DNA of 62,080 nt, filler included, from Pirum gemmata (Eukaryota), in assembly GCA_002812295.1 (NCBI GenBank). It is 19 parts of 19 records of this genome, joined end to end, with 100 filler letters (N's around TTAATTAATTAA, not from the genome) between each part and the next. Parts side by side here need not be neighbours in the genome. Positions count along the whole stretch, not along the records: positions 1 to 3,177 come from PDIN01003242.1; positions 3,278 to 6,443 come from PDIN01003243.1; positions 6,544 to 9,742 come from PDIN01003244.1; positions 9,843 to 13,050 come from PDIN01003245.1; 15 more parts are not named here. One strand, written 5' to 3'. Shown here one piece after another: positions 1 through 13,010 of this stretch. The notes beneath the pieces were generated by a model. It saw only the letters and a program-made list of their open reading frames with translations. It made no database searches and was not told where the DNA came from. Both the position numbers and the translations under genes were made by a program. Each line of letters begins with the position of its first letter. Positions within the stretch are counted from its first letter, which is position 1.

Positions 1-131
1 AAAAGCAAAAAAGATAATAAAAAAAAAAATAGATAAGAAAGACATAAAGAAAGACATAAGAAATAAATAAATAAATAATAATAAAACCACAACATCATTC
101 GAAACTAATAAATACATCGATAAGTAAATAC

Positions 132-2895
132 CTGGATCTTCACTTCCTTGACTAACTTGCATCTCTAGCCACGGGAGAATGAGTTTCAATCTATTTCTCT
201 TTTCCACTTCTTCCGAAAGCTCTGCAACTTCAAATTTACTTTGAACAGACAAAATCAAATTCTTAATAATATCTTCAGCACAATCCACATCTAACAAACC
301 ACCTACAACAACCGGTAAACGAGCTGGGTTAACTTTTTGAACATAAATTTCAATATACTTTTGCAAGTTATTACGATACAAGTGTAAGACTAAATCGTGT
401 ACAAACTCAAAACGATCACAAACAATGATCAAAGGCAGTTGATCTTGTAATTTGGCCTCTTTCAAGAAATTTTTTACACGCTCTGGGTCATAGTAGTTAC
501 TCTTTTGACAAATACGTTCTACTTCTTTACTTTGTCCGGTACGAACTGCTGCTTGAATATACTTGAAGTGAACTTCTGCTTCTTGACTAAAATTGATTAT
601 GGAACCTAAAAAGTAAAACAACCCTTCGTAACATTTAAAGGATTCAAATAATTCTATCAAAGGAGCAGTTCCTATCATTTCATAATACTTGCTAGCAATT
701 TGAACACATTTTTGAAGATTTTGACGTAAATTTGCCGTCTGTCGATTAGAAATATATGAAAAATACATTTAAGTTGGGTTAAAACAAGTAACAAATAAAT
801 ACATGAAAACCAAACAAAAACAGTAAACAATCAAAGAAAAACAAAAAAAACCAAGATATTTACAGATTCAAAGGCACTGATGGTAAAATTTAGGTACATG
901 ATTATGTAAACACGCCACAAAAAAACGAGAGAGAGACTACGAGCGTAAGTACAGAAAGAAGAAGAAAAGAAATAAAGGATGAAATTAATATAATCCATAT
1001 GACAATTACATATCATCCCAAACAACCAAATAAAGCCTACAACCCTTAACATAACAACACATAACCCAATTTCCATACGTACCAGCATTGCTTTTATACA
1101 TTCTAAAGAATCATCCACATCCAGACGACCAAAGTAATTAATCAACCACTCATCTTGCAACAAATGGGTGTGGACAATTGCACGTTTAATATCAAATATA
1201 TCAGTATAATGCTCTAAAGCACGTTGATACAGACCAGCCCGTTCACACAGTTGGGCGATATAAGCTTTGTCATATTTAGTGAACATACCATTACCCATAA
1301 TAGCGTCTGCGACTTGAGGCGCAGCCATCAAATTCATTTCTAACAATCGAGTTTGCAATGCAGCATCTTCGTCACGATCTCCTTTCAGTGCATCCAATAA
1401 GAATTCAGTACAACCACGCAAATTATTTTGCTCCATGAAGATATCAACAATGGAGGCCAAATCGCCAATATGTATATTTTCTGCATTAAGCATATTGGCA
1501 AATTCACCACCTTTAGTAGGGTCAACCATCATAACTTGTCGGAACAACAAAGCATAGTCTGGTTGAAAATTAACTTTCTTGGCATACAATATAATTTTTT
1601 GATACTGACCAGTTTCAGCAAAACATAGGACAGCTTTAGGATGACATTCGGCTCTAAGATATACTGAAAGTGCAAGCATAGGATAATAGGGTTTGATTTC
1701 ATCACCGAGTTCTTCAGAGCATTCCAATTTTTCTGTTGAAAAAAAAGAGGGGAGGTTAGAAGAAAAAATTAACTATCATTATCAGGGTGCAAAGAAAAAG
1801 GATCCAACGTTATCCTTCTTAAGCTCATAACGAAAAGTAATCTTAACATAAATATAACCAAGCGGATTAAAAAGATAAAAAGATATATTTACAGGAATAG
1901 TAACTTAAGAACTGATAAACAAATCTAATAATAAATAAATAATAAATAATTTTAAAATATACACATACACAAATATTTTAAAGTAAATAAAATTATACAA
2001 ATAAAAAGAGGAAGAGTTCGCCAATTAAAAATATCAAGAGATTAATCACCTTCTTTCAGCCATTTTTCAATCAAAGGTTGACGGCCAGATTGAAGCACAG
2101 GTCGAACCAATTCCAAAGACTCCATTTTATTCAAGTGGCCTCGGTCTAAAAGAATGCCAAAATATTGTAATAAAGGTGCTGTTTGTCCTTGTGGAACTTG
2201 TACGTGCTGGAATTTCATAATAGTCTCAGGTGTTCTCAATACACCGCGCGGAGCTTGCGCTGCTACTTGAGCGGCTTCTTGATACTGACCAGAATTAAAT
2301 AAATCATTAAATCGGCGAACAAATACATCATCCGCACCACCCATATTATTACGTAAAGCAAATCGAACTGCAAGTTGTTGATTTCTAAGTTCATTTTGTA
2401 AAAATGGTATAACCGTTTGCTCATCTAAACTAACAGACAAAACCCTACCTTTTTTGCTTATACCTATGATACCTTTTGTACTACTATGGGGTGCAGTACA
2501 GAAGATAGCCTCTTCGCTAATTCTATTAGTATAAATACAACTGGCAGTTTCAACATCAAAAACGTGAACATAACCGAATTTGGTAATAACATAAGTAACT
2601 CCTAATTCATCAGAACATTGCATAGCAACTGGAAAATCATTTTGAAACTCCGGTGGAAAAAATAAATTGACGGCTTTCTTTTCGAATGGTATTTTATTCC
2701 CAGGTTGTTGGGCAGGTTCAATAAAATGTATTTTTCCGCCTTGTGGACCATGAACGGCGAAACAAAGAACACTGTTTGGTTTAGCATTTCCGTCAATTTT
2801 AAAATTACAAAATGTTGCAGCGTGTCCCTCAAAAACTTGACTAATTCCCTTATCTACCGAAAATAACTGCATATTTCCCACAACTCTTTGAGCAC
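132..2895 (-). CDS. CLTC: Clathrin heavy chain, partial at both ends; exons 2895-2050, 1732-1083, 738-132
   Basis: Spliced translation gives hallmark CHC sequence ([90 protein letters not shown]); GT-AG introns with consistent phases. Confidence 0.97.
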
Positions 2896-2954
2896 CTAAT
2901 TAAATGTTTATTAATATGTTCACCAATGTATTTCATTCAGAATAATATAATATT

Positions 2955-3177
2955 GTGTGTGTGTGTGTGTGTGTTTCTGTGTGAGTGTGTATGTGTGTGG
3001 CTGTGTGTGTCTGTGTGTGTGTCTGTGTGTGTGTCTCTATGTGTGTGTGTCTCTATGTGTGTGTGTCTCTATGTGTGTGTGTCTCTATGTGTGTGTCTCT
3101 ATGTGTGTGTGTGTGTGTGCGTCTGTGTGTGTGTGTGTGTGCGTGTGTGTGTGCGTGTGTGTGTGTGTGTGTGTGTG
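2955..3177. repeat. (GT)n microsatellite with GTCT/CTAT interruptions, intronic to clathrin
   Basis: Directly visible; source of spurious VC-repeat ORFs. Confidence 0.95.
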
Positions 3178-3277
3178 NNNNNNNNNNNNNNNNNNNNNNN
3201 NNNNNNNNNNNNNNNNNNNNNTTAATTAATTAANNNNNNNNNNNNNNNNNNNNNNNNNNNNNNNNNNNNNNNNNNNN
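3178..3277. other. Artificial scaffold linker N44-TTAATTAATTAA-N44 (first of 18; others start at 6444, 9743, 13051, 16349, 19595, 22866, 26129, 29393, 32660, 35922, 39192, 42444, 45708, 49004, 52252, 55546, 58816)
   Basis: Identical 100-bp spacer with stop codons in all six frames recurring every ~3.27 kb. Confidence 0.99.
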
Positions 3278-3823
3278 ACTACTACAACTACTACTACTAC
3301 TACTACTACTACTAAAATTATTATTACTACTACTACTAAAAAGTAAATTTTCTATAGTTAGTGTTAAAAGTATTAATGAAATAGTAAGTGTAAGAGGAGT
3401 ACTAGTGTAAAATACTGTAAAATTTAATGTATGCATTATACTGGAAGGTAATAACATAAAGTGTGTATGGTTTCGTATTTACATAGCTTCGTTGCTTTGA
3501 AAAACAGTGCCAAAATATAGAGAAGTAGACTTGTGACATTCCAAGACCCAAAAAGTGTAAAAACTGTAGAAATTACACACAGTTGGTGTTTTGGTGTAGT
3601 TGTACAATAAACAGTAAAAAACCAGCAAAATTAAATGTGTAGTGTCCGGGCAATTAACACTAAAACAAATGATAACACTTCAAAGTGACTTATTTTCGTT
3701 GTTTTAATATCATTAGTGTAAAAAAGATTGCACAATAAAAATATTTCAAAAACAAAAATACGAATAACAAATATGATATTTAGTCACACTATTCACATTT
3801 TTACACAGGGTTGTGTAGTCAAA

Positions 3824-4714
3824 TTACCTGTCCTTAGTAATAAACGTAACCTTATCAAGAAGGTCATCGAGATGATTAACATAAACCTCGCCATGTCCCC
3901 CAAGTTCCGTAGTCGGGAAATCATCACGTAACGCGGCGTTGAGATTTTCCGATTGTTTATTAATTTGTATAGTCGGGAAGCTGCTAATGTCGTCGAGATT
4001 TTCCGATTGTTTATTAAGTTGTTTAGTTGCGCGATCAAGTATCGTAGTCGGGACCCCGCTAACATATTCTATCCTTTTCTTTTCATCACGTAACGCAGCG
4101 TTGAGATTTACTGGTATCGTTTCTGAAAGACTGTTTATTCCAGCTGGCCTGGAAAGTGGATTTGGTTTTAAAACGGATTGCGCTCCAGTTTTAATTCTAG
4201 CGAAGTATGCCACAGGAGAGTCTACAGGGTAATTTTGGCGGTCAGGTAAGGTGACTGTATGTTTTACAACGGGGGCGCTGGGTGGTATTAAGGGTTGTAT
4301 TCCAGCTGGTCTTGTTAGTAGAGGATCAGTTGGGTATAGCGCTTGAATTCGAGCATAGTATGCTTTAACTTCAGGAGAGTCCGTATAAAATACCCCACGG
4401 CCGCCAGGTAACTCGGTGAGTGAGCGTAGGTTGGGGCCAAGTATTGTGGGTAGAGTAGACCGTGTTGGGTTTGCTGGTACCCGGGTGTGTAGTACCCGGG
4501 GGGGTATAGTGGGTGGAACATGCTGTACTTTGATTACCCGGCGGGGTTGTGGATGTGGTAATGTGGGTAGATGAGGTACCGTTGGAATGTCGTTCGTTGA
4601 AACTTTTACTACGTTCGGAAATGGCATTTGATTTACTGCTGTTGTGATCATACCAATAGGATTTGAATAAGCGACAGCGATAGTAGCCACTGAATACATA
4701 AATTGAAATTTCAT
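3824..4714 (-). CDS. Hypothetical secreted Pro-rich protein, 296 aa, single exon, internal repeats
   Basis: Long ORF, GC-richer than its flanks; signal-peptide-like N-terminus MKFQFMYSVATIAVAYS; repeated segments DSP..AY.ARI...L.RPAGI..L (x2), NLNAALRD (x2), NKQSENL (x2). Confidence 0.7.
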   Translation of the reverse strand: MKFQFMYSVATIAVAYSNPIGMITTAVNQMPFPNVVKVSTNDIPTVPHLPTLPHPQPRRVIKVQHVPPTIPPRVLHTRVPANPTRSTLPTILGPNLRSLTELPGGRGVFYTDSPEVKAYYARIQALYPTDPLLTRPAGIQPLIPPSAPVVKHTVTLPDRQNYPVDSPVAYFARIKTGAQSVLKPNPLSRPAGINSLSETIPVNLNAALRDEKKRIEYVSGVPTTILDRATKQLNKQSENLDDISSFPTIQINKQSENLNAALRDDFPTTELGGHGEVYVNHLDDLLDKVTFITKDR

Positions 4715-4811
4715 TTTGCCTTATAATTTTGTATAATTATATCACAATGGATCGCTGTTAGTAATTTAATGATGTATTATATTATATTAATATTATTATT
4801 ATTATATTTCA

Positions 4812-5295
4812 TAAAAATTTTAAATAAGTAGTACCGGTATTTCAGCTGGGTATTTATATTATTTTAATTATGATTATATCAAAATTATTATTTATGTTTA
4901 TGAAAAAAAAAATTATATTATTATTATTACAAATTTTTTATAAATAATTATTTTTTCTTATTAATTATAAATTAAAATTAATTCATAAGTTTTATAAATT
5001 TTTTAAATAAGTAGTGCCGGTATTTATATTATTTTATTTATGATTTTATTAAAATTATTATTTATATAATATGTTTATGATAAAAAAAAAAATTATATTA
5101 TTATTGTAAATTTTTTATAAATAATTATTTTTTCTTATTAATTAATTAATTATAAATTAACATTAATTAATAAGTTCTGTTAACTTTATCATATAAAATT
5201 CTTAAATAACTAGTGCCTGTATTTATTATATTATTTTATTTATGGTTTTATTAAAATTATTATTTATCTGTTTTTATGTTGATGGTAAAAAAAAT
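4812..5295. repeat. ~190-bp AT-rich degenerate tandem repeat (~2.5 copies)
   Basis: Unit start TAAATAA(G/C)TAGT(A/G)CC(G/T)GTATTT recurs at ~4821, ~5004 and ~5203. Confidence 0.8.
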
Positions 5296-5984
5296 CAAGA
5301 AAATGACCAATTAGTCCTGTCACCTTCTAATTAAATCCATGCTTTTTCGGTGTACCATCCTAAAACTCCCATTCTTATTGTGCTTTTCATTTATTTTGTC
5401 ACTCTGAATATTTATTTGGTTAGTTATAAAATTTAAGTTGAAATTTTTAAATGAATAAATAGATAATAAAATATACCAAATTAAATGAAATGGATTAATT
5501 TGGTACTCTTTAATGTCATGTACACATGTACAGTATCCATAATTATTATTATTTTAAAATGTCGACGTCAGTTTTTAGAAAAAAGTCTAATTATGCCTTA
5601 ATATGGTAAGAAAAATGATTTCTACAGTTTTTTTATCTATGATAGCAAAAAAGACTCAAAAAAGTAAAAAAAAAAATAGAATGTTTTTAGAAATTATTTA
5701 GATTTTCACTGTTTGAACTGTTTGAACCATATATAGATAACCCTAACAGCCTGGCGTTTGCACCATATTTAGCTAACCCTAACAGCCTGGCGGCCCTATT
5801 AAAGGCCCTAATGCCTTCTATCCTGATAAACTGAGTCTGTAGACTGATAAGTCCTTTGTTCTAAGTCTCTCAAATTCTTTGGTAATATTCGAGAACTTAT
5901 TCCACTCTTTAGAAAGTATCATTCTTTAAAAAATAATGACACTTATATAACGTTATAACTAAATAAACGTTATAACTAAATATA

Positions 5985-6171
5985 GTGCTTTTCATTTATT
6001 TTGTCACTCCGAATATTTATTTGGTTGTTTATAATATTTAAATTGATACTTTAAATAAAGATATATATATATAATAAAATATACCAAATTAAATAAAATG
6101 GAATTATATTGTTTTAATTTGGTACTATTTATTGTATAATATTTTATGATGACAAAACAACTGAAAACCAC
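5985..6171 (+). mobile_element. MITE family A (~170-190 bp, ~22-bp TIR); other copies 5380-5507 (partial), 9711-9742 (partial), 13352-13500 (partial), 15377-15544 (reverse), 44551-44717, 59705-59800 (partial, reverse)
   Basis: TIR GTGCTTTTCATTTATTTTGTCA ... TGACAAAACAACTGAAAA(G/C)CAC; conserved core GAATATTTATTTGGTT and TATACCAAATTAAAT; dispersed over five scaffolds in both orientations. Confidence 0.8.
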
Positions 6172-6955
6172 AATACTAGTAGTAGTAAACTCAGAGGCTC
6201 AGCATTTTTTTTAACGATGGTAAATTACCAAATTAGTGAATTTTCATGAAATAGGGTATTCCAAATTTACCAAATTTAGCAAAAAAAAAGGCTAATTTAT
6301 CATAATTTATCAAACCTTTAAATTTTATTATGTTTGATTCGAACTTATTGTAATATATGTGTTTCGAGCTTATTTATTTACATTCAATTTGGTATGTATA
6401 CACCAATCATTTTAGAGCATAATTAGACTTTATTCTAAAAACCNNNNNNNNNNNNNNNNNNNNNNNNNNNNNNNNNNNNNNNNNNNNTTAATTAATTAAN
6501 NNNNNNNNNNNNNNNNNNNNNNNNNNNNNNNNNNNNNNNNNNNTTAAAAAAAAAAAAAATTACTTTATTTTTACTTATTTGTTTATTTATTAATTAATAA
6601 GTATAATTAATTATTATTATTATTTCATTTAATAAATAATATGTTACTGAAAACTTATTTTTATGATTACAATTATATGTACATAATATTAGACACATAA
6701 GAAAATCAACTAACAATTTGATTACCAATCAACAATAAAATAAAAAAATAAAAATTATAAATTTTTTTAATAAACTTTTTTAAAAAAAATAAAAACTTTT
6801 AATTAAAAAATTAAAAGACAAACCAAAGAGATTTTTTAAAAAAATAATAATTTTAATAATAATAATAATAATATAGAAACAACAAAAATAATTAATATTC
6901 ATTAATATCCAATAATAAATTAAAAACTACTTAATTTTAAAACCATTTATAAATT

Positions 6956-8273
6956 ATGAGTAATACAACAACAGGAGATGAATGGAGGCAATATATAGGC
7001 CCTGGTGGGGAAGCTGTTACTATTATAATGATTTTCATACCTATTATTTTCGTTGTAGTAGTAACCTTAATACCAAAACCATTACCCACAACAATATCTT
7101 TACATTTAGCTGCAATATTTTTATTGCTAATTCGCTTAGCTTATTTATCCAGTGATATAATAAACACTTTTGCTGGTTATATCAGTGGGGTTTTTGAAGT
7201 TTTGACACCTTTAACGATTGTATGTGGTGCTATTTATTTGTTTAATACAATGGAAGGTACTGGGTGTATGCCTTGGATTATGCGAGAACTAAAGTTATTA
7301 TCAGGTGGTCATCCAATCGCAGAATTTATGTTGATTGCATGGGCGTTTGCTTATTTAGTTGAAGGTGCAAGTGGTTTTGGTAATTATTAATTATTTTATA
7401 ACTACATATATATTATATTAATATAAACATTAATTATTATATAATATTATTTAATTTTAATAACATTAATTATTAATTAATATTAATTTTTTATTTGTGA
7501 ATAAAAAAACATAGGTACCCCAGCTGCATTAGCTGCTCCAATGTTAGCACAACTTGGGCATCCAAAATTCAAAGCAGTAGTCGCAGTTCTATTAACTAAT
7601 ACAGTGGCTACTGTGTTTGGTGCGGTGGGCACCCCTATTTGGTTTGGTTTTGGTTCAGTCACTGAAAAATATTATGGCGAAAATGACCAGATAGCTTTAA
7701 GAGAAATTGGTTTGCAAGCAGCCATAGGCTTACTAATGGTATCTTTAATTACACCTTTACTTGCTTGTTTGTATTTAATTCCTAGGAAAGTTATTTTTCA
7801 AAACTTAATATTTTTTTATTTGAGTATATTTTCAGTTATGGGTCCTGTAGTTGTGATTTCGTTGTTTTCTTATGAATTTCCAACTATATTGGGAGGTTTA
7901 TTTGGTTTGGGGATCACTGCATTATTAGTTAAATTTAAAATTGGCTTGAAAGCTTTGAATCCAGATGATATGGGTGAAGAGTGGCAAATTTTAAACAAAA
8001 GAGATAAATTATATTTAAAGTCCTCTAAAGAGTCAGTTTCTATTAATAATAGAGAATCTAATATAAATAGTCCTAATAGTATGCATACTAGTAGTAGTCA
8101 TAGTAATAATACTATTAATAGTACAGAAGAAATACATGATAATGATAATGTTTCTAATATTATTGTTAAAGATGATCATGATTATGATCAAGAAGAATTT
8201 AAAAATGAATACGGTATGCAACTTGAAGAAGCTATAACAATAGAAATGCCAGCTGCGATTAATGAAGTAACAC

Positions 8274-8328
<55 letters not shown>

Positions 8329-9346
8329 TATTAATATCAATGATGATGGTGTGATAATTATAAAACAGAAAAATACAGAAAATAATAATGAAATGCAATT
8401 AGAATTAAATAATCATAGTGTTGATGATATCAATATTAGTGATTTAGAAGAAAACAAAGTACCACACGCAGAGGATGGCGAAAACGACAGAGTTCAGTTT
8501 TCCTTAAAGGAAAGAGAAACTGGTAAACAATACTATAAAGCCTTCGCATTAAGAACTTTCCCTTTAACTGCAACTATTTTATTATTGATTTTGACTAGAA
8601 TCGAGGAAATCAAAATCAAGTATGCTTTAACTACTATGGACTCGCACTTTACCATTTACTTTGGAAACTTAATGACATTTCGCATGGCTCCAAACTTAAA
8701 AATGGAATTTAACGCTTTACTAACCGACCCTACAGTTAATGCTAAGTACGAAACATTGTATGTTCCTGGGTTTCTGCCCTTTTTTATTGTATCGTTTATT
8801 ACATTTGCAATATTTTGGAAAGATATGAAATCCATGAAAACAAATCCATGGATTGAAATTACGCGTTTGGGTTCCCGAATCAAAGGGGCTGCAATTGCCT
8901 TATTAGGAGGCTTAATGTTGGTGGGTTTAATACGTAGTGGTGGTTATGGCTCCCCGGCTTATTTGATTGGTTCGATATTAAGCGATTGGGTTGGAAGTTG
9001 GTGGTTTCTGTTTTCTCCATTTTTGGGTGCGTTGGGCTCTTTTTTCAGTGGGTCAACAGCAATCTCAAATTTAACTTTTGGTGAGGTACAATACGTGGCT
9101 GCAGTAAATGCAGGTTACAACCCTACTACCATTTTAGCTTTGCAAGCCTTTGGTGGATCCATGGGTAACGCTGTTTGTATTAATAATATCATTGCAGCAA
9201 GAACGGTGATTGAGTTAGATCATATAGGCGAAGGTAAATTCTTGAAGCTAACTGGTCCAATCATTTTAGTGGGTATACTTTGGGTTTTATTATGTTTCTA
9301 TTTGTTTTTCGTGTTACCCGGGCCTTTTCACTACAATGGACTTTAA
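6956..9346 (+). CDS. L-lactate permease (LctP family), complete; exons 6956-7379 and 7515-9346 (~751 aa)
   Basis: Splicing restores the LctP signature EGASGFGTPAALAAPML; also FGAVGTPIWFG, SPFLGALGSFFSGSTAISNLTFG, GGSMGNAVCINNII; many TM helices. Confidence 0.9.
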
Positions 9347-9889
9347 TTAATTAAAAATATGATTATTTTATTAGTAATAAAAATAAATAATATTAATAGT
9401 AACATTTGCGAGTATTTAAGCTCTTTAACTCCTCTAACCCTAACCCTAATCCTAATCCTTACCCTAGTTGTAACCCTAACCCTTACCCTAACCCTTATAC
9501 CATAAAATTATTCATAAAAAAGATTATTATTAATATTATTATTAATATTAATATTAATATTATTATTATTATTATTTATTGTTATTTTTTTAAAATTTTC
9601 AAAAACAGTGCAATAATATTAAATATAATGATAAATAGTAATAATAATAAATATTAATAATAAATAAATAATAAATATAAATCACACTCACTATTTTTAT
9701 AATAAATATCGTTCTTTTCATTTATTTTGTAGAGTATTTATTNNNNNNNNNNNNNNNNNNNNNNNNNNNNNNNNNNNNNNNNNNNNTTAATTAATTAANN
9801 NNNNNNNNNNNNNNNNNNNNNNNNNNNNNNNNNNNNNNNNNNATACTAAATAGTGTGTGCTAATGCTGATGCACCAATTCTATTTGAAC

Positions 9890-9920
<31 letters not shown>

Positions 9921-10136
9921 TAATAGTAATTAGTTTTATTTTATTATTGATTTTGTTAGATTAATTGTTTTTCCTTTTGTATTTCCTTTTGTATTTAATG
10001 TATATTTCAAAATAATAAACGCTTTCAGCGATACTCTTTGGCGATGGTGATTTTTCTGTCGAATAATAATCATAATAATAATTTGTATTGACTTGTCTAT
10101 AGGTTATTAATTAATTAATCATTATTTTTGTGTTAG

Positions 10137-12879
10137 ATAAAAGAGCTTTTACAAGAACACACCAGTATGCAAATGAAACTGGCTGATCAAGAAAATACAG
10201 TTACGTTTTTTTCCATTTGAACATTGTCATTTTTCGTTATTATTATTATTGTACTATCATTGTCCACTAAACCTCATTTCCCCTTTCATAGTTTTGTCTA
10301 TTATTGTCAACTAACCCCCACTTCCGTTTTCCAGTGTTATTGTCAATTTATTATCATCATTTGCGTATTCACTGTTAATAACATTTTTTCTTTTAGATAA
10401 AAGAATTGAACAGGCTTATTGACCGAGCTTATGGGGGTATTGTATTTTATCGTATTGTCAGTATTAGTATTATTGTACTATTGTTATATAAATGTTTTTA
10501 TAATTTTGTTTTAATCGATTATTCTTTTTTGTAATTTTTGCTATTTTTTTTATTTTATTCTACTATATTTAATCTAATCTTATCTTATTTTTAATGATAT
10601 TTTTATTTAAAGGTTAGCCAATCTTACAATGTTTATCGATTTTGGCATCATATGCTTTTGTTCTCTCTTGATTTTCCCTTACTTGTTATTTTTTTAATGT
10701 ATTATTATTATTATCGTTATAAAAACGATTTCTAGTGTACCAATCACCATTTATCGCAACTCTGAATCCTAACCCTAACCCTAACCCTAACCCTAACCCT
10801 AACCCTAACCCTAACCCTAACCCTAACCCTAACCCTAACCCTAACCCTAACCCTAACCCTAACCCTAACCCTAACCNNNNNNNNNNNNNNNNNNNNNNNN
10901 NNNNNNNNNNNNNNNNNCCCTAACCCTAACCCTAACCCTAACCCTAACCCTAACCCTAACCCTAACCGTAACCCTAACCCTAACCGTAACCGTAACCGTA
11001 ACCGTAACCGTAACCGTAACCCTTACCCTTACCCTAACCCTAACCCTAACCCTTACCCTTACCCTAACCCTGATCCTTAGGCTAGCCCTAATCCTAACCC
11101 TAACCCTAGACCTAAATTTAAAGTCTAAACCTAAACCTAAACCCCAACCCTAACACTAATCTGCTAGTACTATTTTATTTATTTACGAGTATTGCTATCT
11201 TTGTGTAGCGGAAGAGCTGGAAAGCAGACTGAATAATCTGATTCTGGAAAATTCTAATTTAAGAATGGATATTCGACGAAATCAATCATGCAATGAATCA
11301 CGCGGGTCTGACACCGATGGTATGATGGTATAAATTATGGTGATGGGAAGGTTTAATAAGGTCAAAGGTGGGTGTATTGACAGGGTAGTTAGGAATGGTA
11401 ACAGTAATGGTGATGATAATGGTGTTTAGTGAATGGTAACCCAGTATTGACAGGGTAGTTAGGAATGGTAACAGTAATGGTGAGGATAATGGTGTGTAGT
11501 GAATGGTAACAATAATTTGTGAGTACTGTTGGTATTAAATGGTATCGGCAATGATTGTACTGGTAGTTAGTTAGTGACTGACAACAGTAATGGTGAGGAT
11601 TATGTTGAAGGTAATTGTAATGGAAGATTAATAATGGTGAATGTAATAATGTTTAGTGAACGATAACAGTAATGACCAGGGTAATTGTGATTGATTAATG
11701 GTAATAATAACAATGGCAATGGTGAGGGCTATGGTGTAGTTAATAAATGTATTAGTGAATGTTAATAGTACTGTGATGGTGTTGATAATGTTGGTGGATG
11801 TAGTAAATGGTAGAGATACTGTTGGTTGGGAAAACGAATTTTGTGATAAATGCCATTATATCATTTGTGCTCTTATTCCTTTTTCACTGAATATTATTTT
11901 TATTTTTTTATTATATGGGATTAAATACAGAATTCTCTGATGCTAGGGACCCTTCTCAAATACACACCGCTTCTCGTAAGTGTTAATAGTTTGTTATTTG
12001 TGATTTATATTTTTATGATTTTGTGATTTATGATTTTATGATTTTATGATTTATGATTTTATGATTTTATGATTTTATGATTTATGATGTATGATTTCTA
12101 ATTTATGATTTACAATTTATGATTTATGATTTATGTTTTATGATTTATGATTTATGAATTATGAATTATGAATTATGAATTATGAATTATGAATTATGAA
12201 TTATGATTATGATTTATGATTTATGATTTATGCTTTATGATTTATGATTCATGATGCATGATTTATGGTTTATGATTTATGATATGGTTTATGGTTTATG
12301 ATTTATGATTTATGATTTATGATTTGTAATTTATAATTTATAATTTATAATTTATGATTTATGATTTATAATTTATAATTTATAATTTATAATTTATTAT
12401 TTATTATTTATTATTTATGATTCAGGATTTATGATCTATGGTTTATTATTTATGATTTAGGATTCAGGATTTATAATTTAGACTATAATTTACTATTTAT
12501 AATTTTATGATTTATGATTTTTTGTTTTCTAAATTATAGTTAGGATTTATACTACTTAGGTTTTCGTGATTTACCATTAGTTTAGTGTTCATAATTGTTG
12601 ATTAATTTTTTGGTGATTGGTGATTGGTAATTGGTAATTGGTAATTGGTGATTGGTGATTGGTGATTGGTGATTGGTAATTGGTAATTGGTAATTGGTAA
12701 TTGGTAATTGGTAATTGGTAATTGGTAATTGGTAATTGGTAATTGGTAATTGGTGTCCATTGCTTTTATTTTTTTCATTCCACCTAATATTACTATTATC
12801 TAAATTTTCTCTAAGATTGGATTAAAGAAAATACGCACCCTGCTGTAGAAGCTATGTTAAGTGGATTAACTGTAACGAG
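10137..12879 (+). CDS. Unknown coiled-coil protein, partial; micro-exons 10137-10199, 10397-10436, 11209-11319, 11931-11975, 12816-12879
   Basis: Five AG/GT-bounded exons join in phase into one open frame: IKELLQEHTSMQMKLADQENT-IKELNRLIDRAYG-AEELESRLNNLILENSNLRMD...-HWIKENTHPAVEAMLSG. The spliced gene is absent from the ORF track. Confidence 0.6.
10768..11155. repeat. Intronic telomere-type (CCCTAA)n array with CCGTAA/CCTTAC variants
   Basis: Directly visible; lies between two phase-compatible exons. Confidence 0.9.
12000..12755. repeat. Intronic (TTTATGA)n and (ATTGGT(A/G))n heptamer arrays
   Basis: Directly visible tandem heptamers. Confidence 0.9.
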
Positions 12880-12961
12880 GTATTGTGTATAATTAATACT
12901 TCAACCATATTTTCAATATGATGTAATGTATATTTCACAACAAAACAACAACAATGTTTTG

Positions 12962-13010
<49 letters not shown>

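Noticed and set aside
3487..3657. Cys-rich frame with two in-frame TAG codons (LRCFEKQC...*TCDIPRPKKCKNC...*CPGN), hinting at stop-codon reassignment
   Set aside because: None of the long conserved CDSs contains an in-frame TAG; more likely a decayed fragment or chance.
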